Origin: a plasmid
Reading direction: 5' to 3' (one strand)
Sequence record: NZ_CP102504.1
Length of the DNA stretch: 49,302 nt
The notes under the pieces were generated by a model. That model did not search any database and was not told where the DNA came from. It saw nothing but the letters and a program-made list of their open reading frames with translations. A program made the position numbers and the translations under genes. Positions 8,966 through 18,088 of the stretch are shown piece after piece. Each line of letters starts with the position of its first letter. Positions within the stretch are counted from its first letter, which is position 1.

Positions 8966-9148
8966 ATGACAAAAATCACAACACCGTCCCAGCTGAAAGC
9001 AGAGCTGGAGAGCCAGAAAACCTACCTTCTCGAAGCCTGCCTGATGGCCTTCAATCAGTTACCTAACCAGCGAACAAAAGGCGCGTTCCCGTCAACATAC
9101 GCGCTTGCAGCAAAGATTGATTACCTGTTGCAGCAGGAAAAAAAATAA
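8966..9148 (+). CDS. Small hypothetical protein
   Basis: ORF 8915-9148. A partial copy of the conserved leader (acagcccaaagcggca...caggagtaagcc) ends at 8965, so the start is ATG 8966. 60 aa. Confidence 0.4.
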   Translation: MTKITTPSQLKAELESQKTYLLEACLMAFNQLPNQRTKGAFPSTYALAAKIDYLLQQEKK

Positions 9149-9159
9149 GCCTCCCTACA

Positions 9160-9188
9160 ACGACAAAGCCCGGTATTAACCGGGCTTT
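9160..9188 (+). terminator. Rho-independent terminator
   Basis: aaagcccggt-atta-accgggctttt. Confidence 0.6.
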
Positions 9189-9190
9189 TC

Positions 9191-9206
9191 TGTATTGCAC
9201 AATACA
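9191..9206. promoter_or_regulatory. Palindrome TGTATTGCACAATACA (operator-like)
   Basis: Same half-sites as 3277-3294. Confidence 0.45.
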
Positions 9207-9557
9207 CTAAAGGTTAAGCGCGTTTGCGTCCTGCGCCAGCCAGCATTGGTATGTTTCCTTTTGAAACTCCCCGCCGCAGCCGCCACCGGCTTTTGATTTT
9301 CCGCAGTGCTGGCATGTACCCAGCGCGGCTTTTTCTTTCTCCCACTGTTGCCAGTTGCGGATCAGCAGCAGCTGGAAAAACTCATTTGGTGAATAGGGTT
9401 GTTTACCCATCCGGCGTACCTGCCGTAGTTCTTCCAGTTGCGCGGCTTCATCGTGCGTTAGCGTGACTGTCACGCTAACACCTTCGGCGCGTAACCGTTC
9501 GCGGCGGCGGGCTTGCCGCCGTCTGGCTAACATCCTCTCGCGTTCTGTTTTGTCCAT
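9207..9557 (-). CDS. RHH-like small DNA-binding protein with a Cys-rich C-terminus
   Basis: ORF 9207-9578 starts on GTG; ATG 9557 (MDKTERERMLARRR...) is preferred. Palindrome GTGACTGTCAC at 9568-9578 (just upstream) and at 9463-9473 (inside). C-terminal CQHCGKSKAGGGCGGE. Confidence 0.45.
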   Translation of the reverse strand: MDKTERERMLARRRQARRRERLRAEGVSVTVTLTHDEAAQLEELRQVRRMGKQPYSPNEFFQLLLIRNWQQWEKEKAALGTCQHCGKSKAGGGCGGEFQKETYQCWLAQDANALNL

Positions 9558-9618
9558 ATTTATCACCGTGACTGTCACGATTGAGAAAAGAGAAAAGGCC
9601 AGGAGTCCGGCCTTGTGG

Positions 9619-9987
9619 TTACTTCAGGATCAGTAAGGTCAGCGCCGCGCCAATGGCCGCGCCGACGATGGAACAAACAGCCGTCATGATCACGACGCGG
9701 TTAACGATGGTGCTGGCGTTGTTGTGCTGGAGTGATTGCCAGCGCGTCAGAAAGTCTGACCGCGCTTTGTTTTCCTCCTTCATCGCTGCCTGTATGTCTC
9801 TCAGGCTGCCGATGATTTCCGCTCTCGAATCGTCTGCCGTCAATTCAAGTGCGCTTTTGAGTTCGCCCAGCTGCTGAAGCATGTCGGCTTGTTCAACCTT
9901 CACTTGCTTCATGGCTTCTACAATTTCCTTCGCGTCTCCCAAAAACCAGTCCATCAATACGTCTAATTTATCGGGCTGCTTATCCAT
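9619..9987 (-). CDS. stbC: StbC-like small protein (third gene of the stb operon)
   Basis: 122 aa, coiled-coil plus a C-terminal TM segment. Positioned as in the stbABC-oriT-relaxase layout of IncW/IncN plasmids. Assigned by position only. Confidence 0.4.
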   Translation of the reverse strand: MDKQPDKLDVLMDWFLGDAKEIVEAMKQVKVEQADMLQQLGELKSALELTADDSRAEIIGSLRDIQAAMKEENKARSDFLTRWQSLQHNNASTIVNRVVIMTAVCSIVGAAIGAALTLLILK

Positions 9988-9989
9988 GC

Positions 9990-10706
9990 TTAATCTCCGA
10001 TTAACAGGGAGAATGTTTTATCCAGGTTACTTTTAACAGGAATAGCCTGTTTCATGTAAGTATAACGACGCGCCATTTTGCGGCGTTCGTCTGCGTCAGC
10101 TGATGCTTTAGCGCGGGCTTTAAATTCTTCCGCATCTTCAGCGGTCAGCGTTTCAAACGAAATTTTGTGATGCGCAAGATATTCGTACACCTCACTATTA
10201 TAGATCGCAGAGTTTTTATTAATGCGGCCTACTTTAGTTTGCTTCACGAAGTCGAAAATCGGGCTGAAAACATTTTCAACATCATCACCCGGATTAACGC
10301 GGTTTGGAACAAAGATAATCTTTTTGTTATCCACGCCAGCCTTGCTTAACGTGTGCGCCGTTTTCATACTTTCTTTGATGGCTTTATCTTCCGGTGTTAC
10401 TGGAATGAAATACATATCAAATTCATTTGCGCCGCCATCGAAGCGGGACATTGCCATTAAAAACGGTTCCACGTTTGACGCGCCAATATCAATAATCGCT
10501 GCATCTTCAAAAACCACATCCTCAATCAGACGGGAGAAATCATCACCTTTAAAACTGGTGACATTTTCAATCCCTAAATCAGACGCTGACTGGTTAATGG
10601 TTTCGACCGCGAAAAATTTCGCATCTTTCAGGCGCGGGGCGAGAAGGTAAGTTGAAACTAAAGTTTTGCCAACGCTGCCACTGTAATTAATAACCGCTAC
10701 TTTCAT
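9990..10706 (-). CDS. stbB: StbB-like ParA/MinD-family ATPase
   Basis: Deviant Walker A KVAVINYSGSVGKT. Start at ATG 10706 with a GAGGTG RBS. Follows stbA with a 9-bp gap. Confidence 0.6.
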   Translation of the reverse strand: MKVAVINYSGSVGKTLVSTYLLAPRLKDAKFFAVETINQSASDLGIENVTSFKGDDFSRLIEDVVFEDAAIIDIGASNVEPFLMAMSRFDGGANEFDMYFIPVTPEDKAIKESMKTAHTLSKAGVDNKKIIFVPNRVNPGDDVENVFSPIFDFVKQTKVGRINKNSAIYNSEVYEYLAHHKISFETLTAEDAEEFKARAKASADADERRKMARRYTYMKQAIPVKSNLDKTFSLLIGD

Positions 10707-10714
10707 TGCACACC

Positions 10715-11146
10715 TCAATATTTTTTGATGAACTCATTAGGATCGAACTCGGCTCTTGCCTCGTCAAAAAATTCCTTTCCGATGATACCCGGTGACTGTT
10801 TCGTTTCGTCTCCCTCGGTCGCACTTTGTGTATTGTGCAATACATCTTTTTTCACCTGCTCAGACTTCGCGGGTTTTTCTGTATTGTGCAATACAGGTTT
10901 CTTCTGTTGCTCACTGGCTCCGGCTGATTCTGTATTGTGCAATACAGAATCAGGGGCGGTATGTTTCGCCCGGTTTTGCCTGGCCCGATACAGGGCAGTA
11001 TCAAAACTTCGGACGTTCACATTCTCCAGGCCGAAGCGTTCAGATACCGCCTTGAAAACCTCCTCTCTGGAGACTCCCAGCGACAGCATTTCTTCTACTT
11101 CCGGCAACATCATCTGAATTGCTGCCCTGATGCTTTTGGGCTTCAT
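10715..11146 (-). CDS. stbA: StbA-like DNA-binding protein adjacent to oriT, with three internal VLHNT(E/Q) repeats
   Basis: 143 aa. N-terminal DNA-binding-like region, then three 17-aa repeats encoded by 51-bp tandem DNA repeats that each carry the TGTATTGTGCAATACA palindrome. Confidence 0.5.
   Translation of the reverse strand: MKPKSIRAAIQMMLPEVEEMLSLGVSREEVFKAVSERFGLENVNVRSFDTALYRARQNRAKHTAPDSVLHNTESAGASEQQKKPVLHNTEKPAKSEQVKKDVLHNTQSATEGDETKQSPGIIGKEFFDEARAEFDPNEFIKKY
10829..10981. repeat. 3 x 51-bp tandem repeats, each starting with the perfect 16-bp palindrome TGTATTGTGCAATACA
   Basis: Palindromes at 10829-10844, 10880-10895 and 10931-10946 are identical, while the other 35 bp of each unit have diverged. 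Confidence 0.7.
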
Positions 11147-11149
11147 AGT

Positions 11150-11560
11150 ACCCTCATGTAGAATGATGTATTTTTGATGTAATAGTGATGTATTTGTGTC
11201 GTATCAACTATCCCATGACGTAAGAGTGATGTAATTGTGGTGTAATGTCAACCATGAATTGACGTAATAGTGGTGTATTTGTGGTGTATGGGTATTCATG
11301 CAAGCATGAATACCGGGATATTGAACGCTTTTTCACCAAAATACCCCTTAACCTCCGTAGATCGCTCCCACCAAACTGATTATTTTTTAGCCCTTAACCT
11401 GCTATACACCTAACGCAGTGCGATGAATCGCACTAACTAACTGATTAAAAAAACAAAAAATGAAATATTTCGGATTGCGGGTATTAAAAAGGTATTAAAA
11501 AAAAAGCATAAGAGCATGGTTTGTATGGAAATTCAGGTATTACTTTGTTAATACTTACCT
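11150..11560. other. oriT region
   Basis: Lies between the divergent stb and traK-traJ-traI operons. Direct repeats of gtgatgta / gacgtaa(g/t)agtg. A 24-bp perfect palindrome ggtattcatgc-aa-gcatgaatacc at 11291-11314. A second inverted repeat agtgcga-tgaa-tcgcact. AT-rich stretches. Confidence 0.6.
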
Positions 11561-11612
11561 CATGCGGTTAAACTACCGCCAGATTGAACACGAAAAATCA
11601 CCAGTTGAGGAC

Positions 11613-12038
11613 ATGATGCCGATCATCACATGCAAGGTAACGGACGAAGAAAAAGAGCTTATCGACAGGCTGGCCGGAACGAACAGATCGGACTATATGC
11701 GCCGTTGTTTGTTGGCCGGATCAGGTGGCCGGATAGGTGGATTGAGTCAGGTTACGGAACAGATAAACGAAGTAAATCGACGCCTCGATATTCTGTTTGA
11801 CCAGGTATCAGAGACAGATATGAGCGCGTTTTCCTCGGAGCTGAAAGGTCTGGTCAAGCAGCTGTCACAACTCAAGTTGCCGCCTCCCGGTCAGATGATG
11901 CTGCACGAATCCCTGGCAATCGAGACGGTGATCCTGCTGCGTTCGATGGCGACCCCGGCCAATATGAAATCCGCCTGGGGAGAGCTGGAACGTAACGGAT
12001 ACAAGGTATGGGAAAGTAAACAAGAGAGGAAGGAATAA
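11613..12038 (+). CDS. traK: Relaxosome accessory protein (TraK/TrwA-like, RHH)
   Basis: ORF 11562-12038; ATG 11613/11616 follows a GAGGA RBS. Small RHH-type protein directly upstream of the coupling-protein and relaxase genes. Confidence 0.5.
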   Translation: MMPIITCKVTDEEKELIDRLAGTNRSDYMRRCLLAGSGGRIGGLSQVTEQINEVNRRLDILFDQVSETDMSAFSSELKGLVKQLSQLKLPPPGQMMLHESLAIETVILLRSMATPANMKSAWGELERNGYKVWESKQERKE

Positions 12039-13570
12039 TGACAGAACAAGAAAGAGGACTTATATTTTTATGCTCGCTGCTGGGACCGATACCCTTTGTG
12101 TGGTTTATTACTGCAAAGTTTGTTTATGGTATTAATAGCGAAACGGCTCACTACCTTGTCCCCTATTTGCTAAAAAACACGTTCAACCTGTGGCCGTTAT
12201 GGGTGGCGATTATTGCAGGTGCAGTTATAGGTTTGTGTGGCTTTATAGGATTCATTATTTACGATAAGGGTCGGGTGTATAAAGGACCACGTTTTAAACG
12301 CGTACTCCGTGGCACTAAATTAGTAAGAGCTTCATCTTTAGCCGAGAAAACAAAAGAGCGTGATCATAAGCAATTAACGGTTGCAGGTGTTCCTGTGCCT
12401 ACTGAATATGAGACTCTTCATTTTTCAATCGGCGGGGCTACTGGTACAGGTAAATCAACGATTATCAAGGAAGCTATATATTCAAGCCTGAAAAGAGGCA
12501 CGGATAAGCGTATTGTTCTTGATCCAAATGGCGAATATGTTGAGACGTTTTATCGTCCCGGTGATGTGATTCTTAGCCCCTATGATAAACGTTCTCCCGG
12601 TTGGTCAATGTTCAACGAGATACGCGATGACTTTGACTATGATCTCTATGCTGTATCTATTATTCAGGAAAGTAAGGAGCGTTCAGCAGAGGAATGGTAT
12701 AGATATGGTCGTCTTATTTATCGTGAGGTATCAAAGAAGTTACTCACGCTTAAACGTAGCCCAACAATGGAAGAAGTCATGCACTGGTGTACCATTGTTG
12801 AGAATGAAAAATTAAAAGAGTTTGTGAAAGGTACACCTGCGGAAGCCCTGTTTATCAAAGGCGCTGAAAGGGCCACCGGGAGCGCCCGTTTTGTCCTGGG
12901 TGACAAATTAGCCCCACACCTGAAGATGCCCGCAGGCGATTTCTCGCTGCGTGACTGGCTGGAAGATGATAAACCCGGCACGTTGTTTATCACCTGGCAG
13001 GAGCAGATGAAAAAGAGCCTCAATCCGCTGATCTCATGCTGGCTGGATATTATGTTTTCAAGCCTGCTGGGTATGGGTAAGCGCGACCAACGCACGTTGT
13101 TTTTTATCGACGAGCTGGAATCACTGGAATATCTGCCAAACCTACAGGATTTACTGACGAAGGGCCGCAAAAGCGGCGCGTCTGTATGGGCGGGCTACCA
13201 GACGTACTCTCAGCTGATTGAGCGCTATGGCATCAACATAGCGGAAACACTGCTGGGAAGTATGCGTTCCGGCATCGTCATGGGTAGCAGTCGATTAGGT
13301 AAAGAAACCCTTGAGCAAATGTCCCGCGCATTGGGCGAGATTGAGGGCGAAGTGGAACATAAACAAGGCAACCCATTCCAGGCGGGCATTGGTAACAGGC
13401 CACGCATCGAAACGCGCACCGTCAGAGCCGTTACTCCTACGGAAATATCAGAGCTGAAAAACCTCACTGGATACGTCTATTTCCCTGGTGATCTGCCTGT
13501 CGGCAAGTTCAAGACTAAACATGTGCAATACACGCGTAAGAACCCGGTTCCGGGCATCATCATGAGGTAG
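12038..13570 (+). CDS. traJ: Type IV coupling protein (VirD4/TrwB/TraJ-like)
   Basis: 510 aa, N-terminal TM segments, Walker A GGATGTGKST. Confidence 0.8.
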   Translation: MTEQERGLIFLCSLLGPIPFVWFITAKFVYGINSETAHYLVPYLLKNTFNLWPLWVAIIAGAVIGLCGFIGFIIYDKGRVYKGPRFKRVLRGTKLVRASSLAEKTKERDHKQLTVAGVPVPTEYETLHFSIGGATGTGKSTIIKEAIYSSLKRGTDKRIVLDPNGEYVETFYRPGDVILSPYDKRSPGWSMFNEIRDDFDYDLYAVSIIQESKERSAEEWYRYGRLIYREVSKKLLTLKRSPTMEEVMHWCTIVENEKLKEFVKGTPAEALFIKGAERATGSARFVLGDKLAPHLKMPAGDFSLRDWLEDDKPGTLFITWQEQMKKSLNPLISCWLDIMFSSLLGMGKRDQRTLFFIDELESLEYLPNLQDLLTKGRKSGASVWAGYQTYSQLIERYGINIAETLLGSMRSGIVMGSSRLGKETLEQMSRALGEIEGEVEHKQGNPFQAGIGNRPRIETRTVRAVTPTEISELKNLTGYVYFPGDLPVGKFKTKHVQYTRKNPVPGIIMR

Positions 13571-13574
13571 CGCC

Positions 13575-16500
13575 ATGCTTGATATTACGACTATCACCCG
13601 TATCGATATTGCGTCAGTTGTAGGCTACTACGCTGATGCAAAAGACGATTACTACAGCAAAGACAGCAGCTTTACCGCGTGGCATGGTCAGGGTGCTGAA
13701 GCGCTGGGCCTTTCCGGCGAGGTCAGTTCCCAGCGTTTCAAAGAACTGCTTGTCGGGGAGATTGACCCTTTTACACAGATGAAGCGCTCCAGCGGTGACG
13801 CGACGAAAGAACGGCTGGGATACGACCTCACATTTTCCGCGCCTAAAGGCGTATCGATGCAGGCGCTGATCCACGGCGATAAGGCTATTATCGCCGCCCA
13901 TGAAAAAGCGGTTGCCGCTGCCGTCCAGGAAGCGGAAAAGCTGGCTCAGGCCCGCACGACCCACGCAGGGAAAACCATTACGCAGAATACCGGTAATCTG
14001 GTTGTTGCTTCCTTCCGGCATGAAACATCACGCGCCCTTGACCCGGAGCTGCATACCCACGCCTTTGTCATGAACATGACACAGCGCGGGGATGGTCAAT
14101 GGAGGGCGCTTAAAAACGATGAACTGATGCGGGCCAAGATGCACCTGGGGGATGTCTACAAGCAAGAGCTGGCGCTGGAGCTGACAAAGGCCGGGTATGA
14201 GCTGCGCTATAACAACAAAAATAACACCTTTGATATGGCGCACTTTACGGATGAACAAATCCGGGGATTCTCGCGGCGTTCTGCTCAGATAGAAGAAGGG
14301 CTGGCGGCTATGGGGTTGACCCGCGAAACCGCTGACGCACAGACCAAAAGCCGGGTATCGATGGCGACCCGCGACAAAAAAACAGACGACTATTCGCGTG
14401 AAGATATTCATAAAGAGTGGGTTAACCGGGCTAACGAGCTGGGAATCGACTTCAATGATCTGTCCTGGGCTGGCAAAGGCAAGGACGGCCCGCAAACGTC
14501 AATGAATACCGTCCCTAACTTCACCAGCCCGGAGGTAAAAGCCGACCGGGCGATTCAGTTTGCGCTTAAATCCCTTTCAGAGCGCGATGCGTCTTTTGAC
14601 CAGTCCCGATTGCTGGCCGTGGCAAATAAAAAGGCTATCGGCCAGGCATCAAAGCAGGATATTGAAGCCGCCTATTATCGCGCTGTGGCAAAGGGGGCCA
14701 TTATCGAAGGTGAAGCGCGATACACCACCACGACTGACCAGAGAAGCAAAGACGCGCCACCGCTACCAGCCATGACGAAAGCGGAATGGCAGGCGCAGCT
14801 GACCGACAAAAAAGGGATGAACAACGACCAGGCGAAGGCATTAGTTGCTGAAGGTATCAAATCTGGCCGCCTGAAAAAAACCAGCCATCGGGTAACGACC
14901 GTTGAAGGTATCCGGGTAGAGAAAGCGGTGCTGAATATCGAGGCTCGCGGTCGGGGCAAGGTGATCGCCGCGCTAACAAGCGAGCAAGTTACCGCGCAGC
15001 TGGTCGGCAAGACCCTGAAGGCCGAGCAGCAGAAAAGCGTCGTAGATATTTGCACCACGACAGATCGCTTTGTTGCGGCCCACGGCTTCGCCGGAACCGG
15101 GAAAAGCTATATGACCATGAGCGCGAAGGCCGTTCTGGAGTCGCAGGGCTTTAACGTCACCGCACTGGCTCCCTACGGTACGCAGAAAAAATCCCTGGAA
15201 GATGAAGGTATGCCCGCCCGTACCGTTGCCGCTTTCGTGAAGGCAAAGGACAAAAAGATAGACGAGAAAAGCGTGGTCTTTATCGATGAAGCGGGCGTGA
15301 TTCCGGCCAGACAGATGAAGGTGCTGATGGAAACCATCGAGAAGGCCGGGGCCAGAGCGGTATTCCTGGGCGACACCTCACAGACAAAAGCCGTAGAGGC
15401 GGGCAAGCCATTTGAACAGCTGATCAGCGCCGGAATGCAGACCAGCTACATGAAGGATATTCAGCGCCAGAAAAATGACGTGTTGCTTGAGGCGGTGAAG
15501 CTGGCCGCAGAGGGCCACATATCCGGCTCGCTGGCCCGACTCAGCAATATTAGCGCAGAGAAGGACCAGGATAAGCGGCTGGAGGCTGTAGCGAATCGCT
15601 GGCTGTCATTCTCCCCGGAGCAGCGCGAAGGTACGCTGATTATTTCCGGCACAAACGAATCAAGGGTAATCCTCAACAGCCAGATTCGGGAGGCGTTGCA
15701 GCTGCAAGGAAAAGGCGTGGAGGTGAATTTTCTGGAGCGCGTTGACTCCACGCAGGCCGAACGCCGGGACAGTAAATACTACCAGGTAGGGCAAATTATC
15801 ATCCCCGAAAAAGACTATAAAAACGGACTTCAGCGGGGCGAGTCTTACCGGGTGCTGGATACAGGTCCGGGGAACCTGCTGACCGTGGCCGGGAGCGACG
15901 GCCAGAAAATCAGCTTCAGCCCGCGCACACATAAAAATTTATCTGTTTATACCAGCGTGGCCGCCGAGCTGGCCGTGGGCGATAAAGTGATGGTGACGCG
16001 TAACGATAAGACGCTGGATGTGGCGAACGGCGACCGCTTCACCGTGACCGGGACTACCGAGAAAGGCACTTTTACGTTAACCAACGCGAAGGGCCGGGAA
16101 ATCGAGCTGGACCAGAAGCAGGCCGCCTATCTTTCGTATGCCTATGCAACGACCGTCCATAAAGCGCAGGGGCTTACCTGTGATCGGGTACTGTTTAACA
16201 TCGATACCCGTTCTCTGACGACTTCCAAAGACGTTTTTTACGTTGGGATTTCCCGCGCCCGTCATGAAGTCGAGATCTTCACCGATGACAAAAAGCGTTT
16301 GTTGAGTAGTGCCAGCCGCAACAGTCCTAAGACCACGGCCAGCGAAATAGACCGATTCTTAGGGATGGAAGAACGTTACAAAGACGTAAACCGGAGCTAT
16401 GGCCATAGCGATGGCCAACAGGAAAAAAGTTATGGCCATGATGCTGGCCATCAAACCGAAGAGAAGGAAAACACCATGAAAAACGCGACAGAAGCCGCGC

Positions 16501-16793
16501 ATGATGGCCCTGATACTTCAGGTACTGAAAACACGTCTCAGGATTTGCGCCAGCGTGAGCAGGAGGAAGTCAACGCAGCTATCCGGTACGAGCAGAGGCA
16601 AGAAGCTACACCGGAAATGGAGGCGAACCCCTACCACGACTATGAGCGGTATGCTGACGAAGGGCCGGACTATGGCGACATGCAGGACTACAGCACGTAT
16701 GAAGAATATGAACGTGCGCGTGACGTGGAACTACCGCAGCATGAGCACGAAAATCATCAACATGATCATGACAAGGAGGGCTACGGCCTATGA
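13575..16793 (+). CDS. traI: MOBF relaxase-helicase (TrwC/TraI-like)
   Basis: 1072 aa. N-terminus closely parallels TrwC by eye (YYxDxxDYYxKDxxxxxWxGxGAExLGLSGEV...HETSRxxDPxLHTH). Central helicase Walker A GFAGTGKS. Confidence 0.85.
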   Translation: MLDITTITRIDIASVVGYYADAKDDYYSKDSSFTAWHGQGAEALGLSGEVSSQRFKELLVGEIDPFTQMKRSSGDATKERLGYDLTFSAPKGVSMQALIHGDKAIIAAHEKAVAAAVQEAEKLAQARTTHAGKTITQNTGNLVVASFRHETSRALDPELHTHAFVMNMTQRGDGQWRALKNDELMRAKMHLGDVYKQELALELTKAGYELRYNNKNNTFDMAHFTDEQIRGFSRRSAQIEEGLAAMGLTRETADAQTKSRVSMATRDKKTDDYSREDIHKEWVNRANELGIDFNDLSWAGKGKDGPQTSMNTVPNFTSPEVKADRAIQFALKSLSERDASFDQSRLLAVANKKAIGQASKQDIEAAYYRAVAKGAIIEGEARYTTTTDQRSKDAPPLPAMTKAEWQAQLTDKKGMNNDQAKALVAEGIKSGRLKKTSHRVTTVEGIRVEKAVLNIEARGRGKVIAALTSEQVTAQLVGKTLKAEQQKSVVDICTTTDRFVAAHGFAGTGKSYMTMSAKAVLESQGFNVTALAPYGTQKKSLEDEGMPARTVAAFVKAKDKKIDEKSVVFIDEAGVIPARQMKVLMETIEKAGARAVFLGDTSQTKAVEAGKPFEQLISAGMQTSYMKDIQRQKNDVLLEAVKLAAEGHISGSLARLSNISAEKDQDKRLEAVANRWLSFSPEQREGTLIISGTNESRVILNSQIREALQLQGKGVEVNFLERVDSTQAERRDSKYYQVGQIIIPEKDYKNGLQRGESYRVLDTGPGNLLTVAGSDGQKISFSPRTHKNLSVYTSVAAELAVGDKVMVTRNDKTLDVANGDRFTVTGTTEKGTFTLTNAKGREIELDQKQAAYLSYAYATTVHKAQGLTCDRVLFNIDTRSLTTSKDVFYVGISRARHEVEIFTDDKKRLLSSASRNSPKTTASEIDRFLGMEERYKDVNRSYGHSDGQQEKSYGHDAGHQTEEKENTMKNATEAAHDGPDTSGTENTSQDLRQREQEEVNAAIRYEQRQEATPEMEANPYHDYERYADEGPDYGDMQDYSTYEEYERARDVELPQHEHENHQHDHDKEGYGL

Positions 16794-17455
16794 TGTTCTG
16801 GAACCGAAATAAGAAAGAAAAAGCCGCTGCCGGCAATGAAAAAAATCGCTTCGATCACCTGCTTTCGGTGGCCGAAAAATTACCCGTTAAGGCGCTACCT
16901 GATCTCATTCGCGCCATCGTGCGGCCAGTACAGAGTGATTTCTTGCTGGCGGTAGCCGAGGAAGGGACTGATGCCCGCCCGGATATGACCCCGCAGGAGT
17001 TCTTCTTTGAAGGGCTTATCCAGGTGCAATCTTACGAGAAGATGAAAGAGGGTGAACTGGACGGCGCTGATTATCCGTTGTCGCTGGCAAGTGAAATGGT
17101 GCTGCCGTGGCCCTGGAGCCTGACACGCTATATCGATAACGTTTCGCACATTGGAACCCATAAGGGCAGGCCGTGGAAGCAGGATAAAATCAACCACTAT
17201 GTTGACTTGTGGTTGCCCTGGCGCATTGGCTTTGTGCGCGGTGGCAACCATTCCATAACGGCGGGCATTCTGGCCGGAGAAGGGACCGTGATACCGGATC
17301 ACGTTTACGATATGTCCTACCTTTTTGAGCTGGTCCGAACGGACGGTAATCACTGGTTCGTTGACGGCCAGAAGGTTGAGGCGGTGAAATCCGGGCGGTC
17401 AGCGGCTGTTTTCGAAATTGGCCGTTTACTTACGGAAGGAGCAAAAAATGGGTGA
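16790..17455 (+). CDS. Hypothetical protein translationally coupled to the relaxase gene (ATGA overlap)
   Basis: 221 aa; ATG overlaps the traI stop. Confidence 0.5.
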   Translation: MMFWNRNKKEKAAAGNEKNRFDHLLSVAEKLPVKALPDLIRAIVRPVQSDFLLAVAEEGTDARPDMTPQEFFFEGLIQVQSYEKMKEGELDGADYPLSLASEMVLPWPWSLTRYIDNVSHIGTHKGRPWKQDKINHYVDLWLPWRIGFVRGGNHSITAGILAGEGTVIPDHVYDMSYLFELVRTDGNHWFVDGQKVEAVKSGRSAAVFEIGRLLTEGAKNG

Positions 17456-17783
17456 GCAAATTACTAACGCGGAGTGGGAAAAAATCTCACCTGATAATTT
17501 TGAAACAGCCTCTTTGTTGCGAGCTGTTGATGCTATTGATGATTTACGCGGGGATTTTAATGATGGCGAGTATTCAGCGCCGCCGCAAATCAGAACTGAT
17601 TTACTCAGGCTTCATGAGATAGCAATGGCAGTGATTAACGAAGGTTCACGTAGCCGGGTTTCAGCATTGTTCGAGCTGGCGAGTGACCTGGACGAACAAA
17701 TATCCCATCTGGTAAATCGGCTGGATGAAGTGCAGGACACGCTATCTCAGCTAATGGAGTTGTATCCAGAAAGCCTTTACTAG
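17448..17783 (+). CDS. Small acidic helical protein paired with 16790-17455; its last residues and stop codon are created by the downstream insertion
   Basis: ORF 17418-17783; GGAG RBS before ATG 17448. The TAG stop at 17781-17783 uses the first G of the inserted element. The reconstructed pre-insertion C-terminus would read ...PLLR*. Confidence 0.45.
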   Translation: MGEQITNAEWEKISPDNFETASLLRAVDAIDDLRGDFNDGEYSAPPQIRTDLLRLHEIAMAVINEGSRSRVSALFELASDLDEQISHLVNRLDEVQDTLSQLMELYPESLY

Positions 17784-17842
17784 GGGTCCGTTTGGGAAAC
17801 GGACAATATTGTACGGCAAGCCTGTTTTTTGAACAGACCAAA

Positions 17843-18046
17843 TCATCGCAGTAGGGTACGCCCTTTGTAGGTGCCGTCTTCGATGTGAGAAAGAGCGTCC
17901 AGCGATACCAGGCCCGAGAACAGCGTGAACTGCCGCAATGAGCTTTTGTATGCGTGGGTAACTATACCGCGCACTTCACGCGCGGTGCTCGGTTTTGAGG
18001 CCGAAAATTGCAGGATCTCAAAGACGTGGTGTAGGGCTAGTGCCAT
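17843..18046 (-). CDS. Small hypothetical ORF, last gene of the cargo operon
   Basis: 67 aa. AGGAC-like RBS. Its 3' end runs into the left IR. Confidence 0.25.
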   Translation of the reverse strand: MALALHHVFEILQFSASKPSTAREVRGIVTHAYKSSLRQFTLFSGLVSLDALSHIEDGTYKGRTLLR

Positions 18047-18088
18047 GGGGCGTCCTTAAAATAAAGCCCCATAGCATGAGCAGTGTCG

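Noticed and set aside
13614-16265. Multiple 60-155-aa ORFs antisense to the relaxase gene
   Set aside because: - Inside a 1072-aa gene with clear homology; no independent support.
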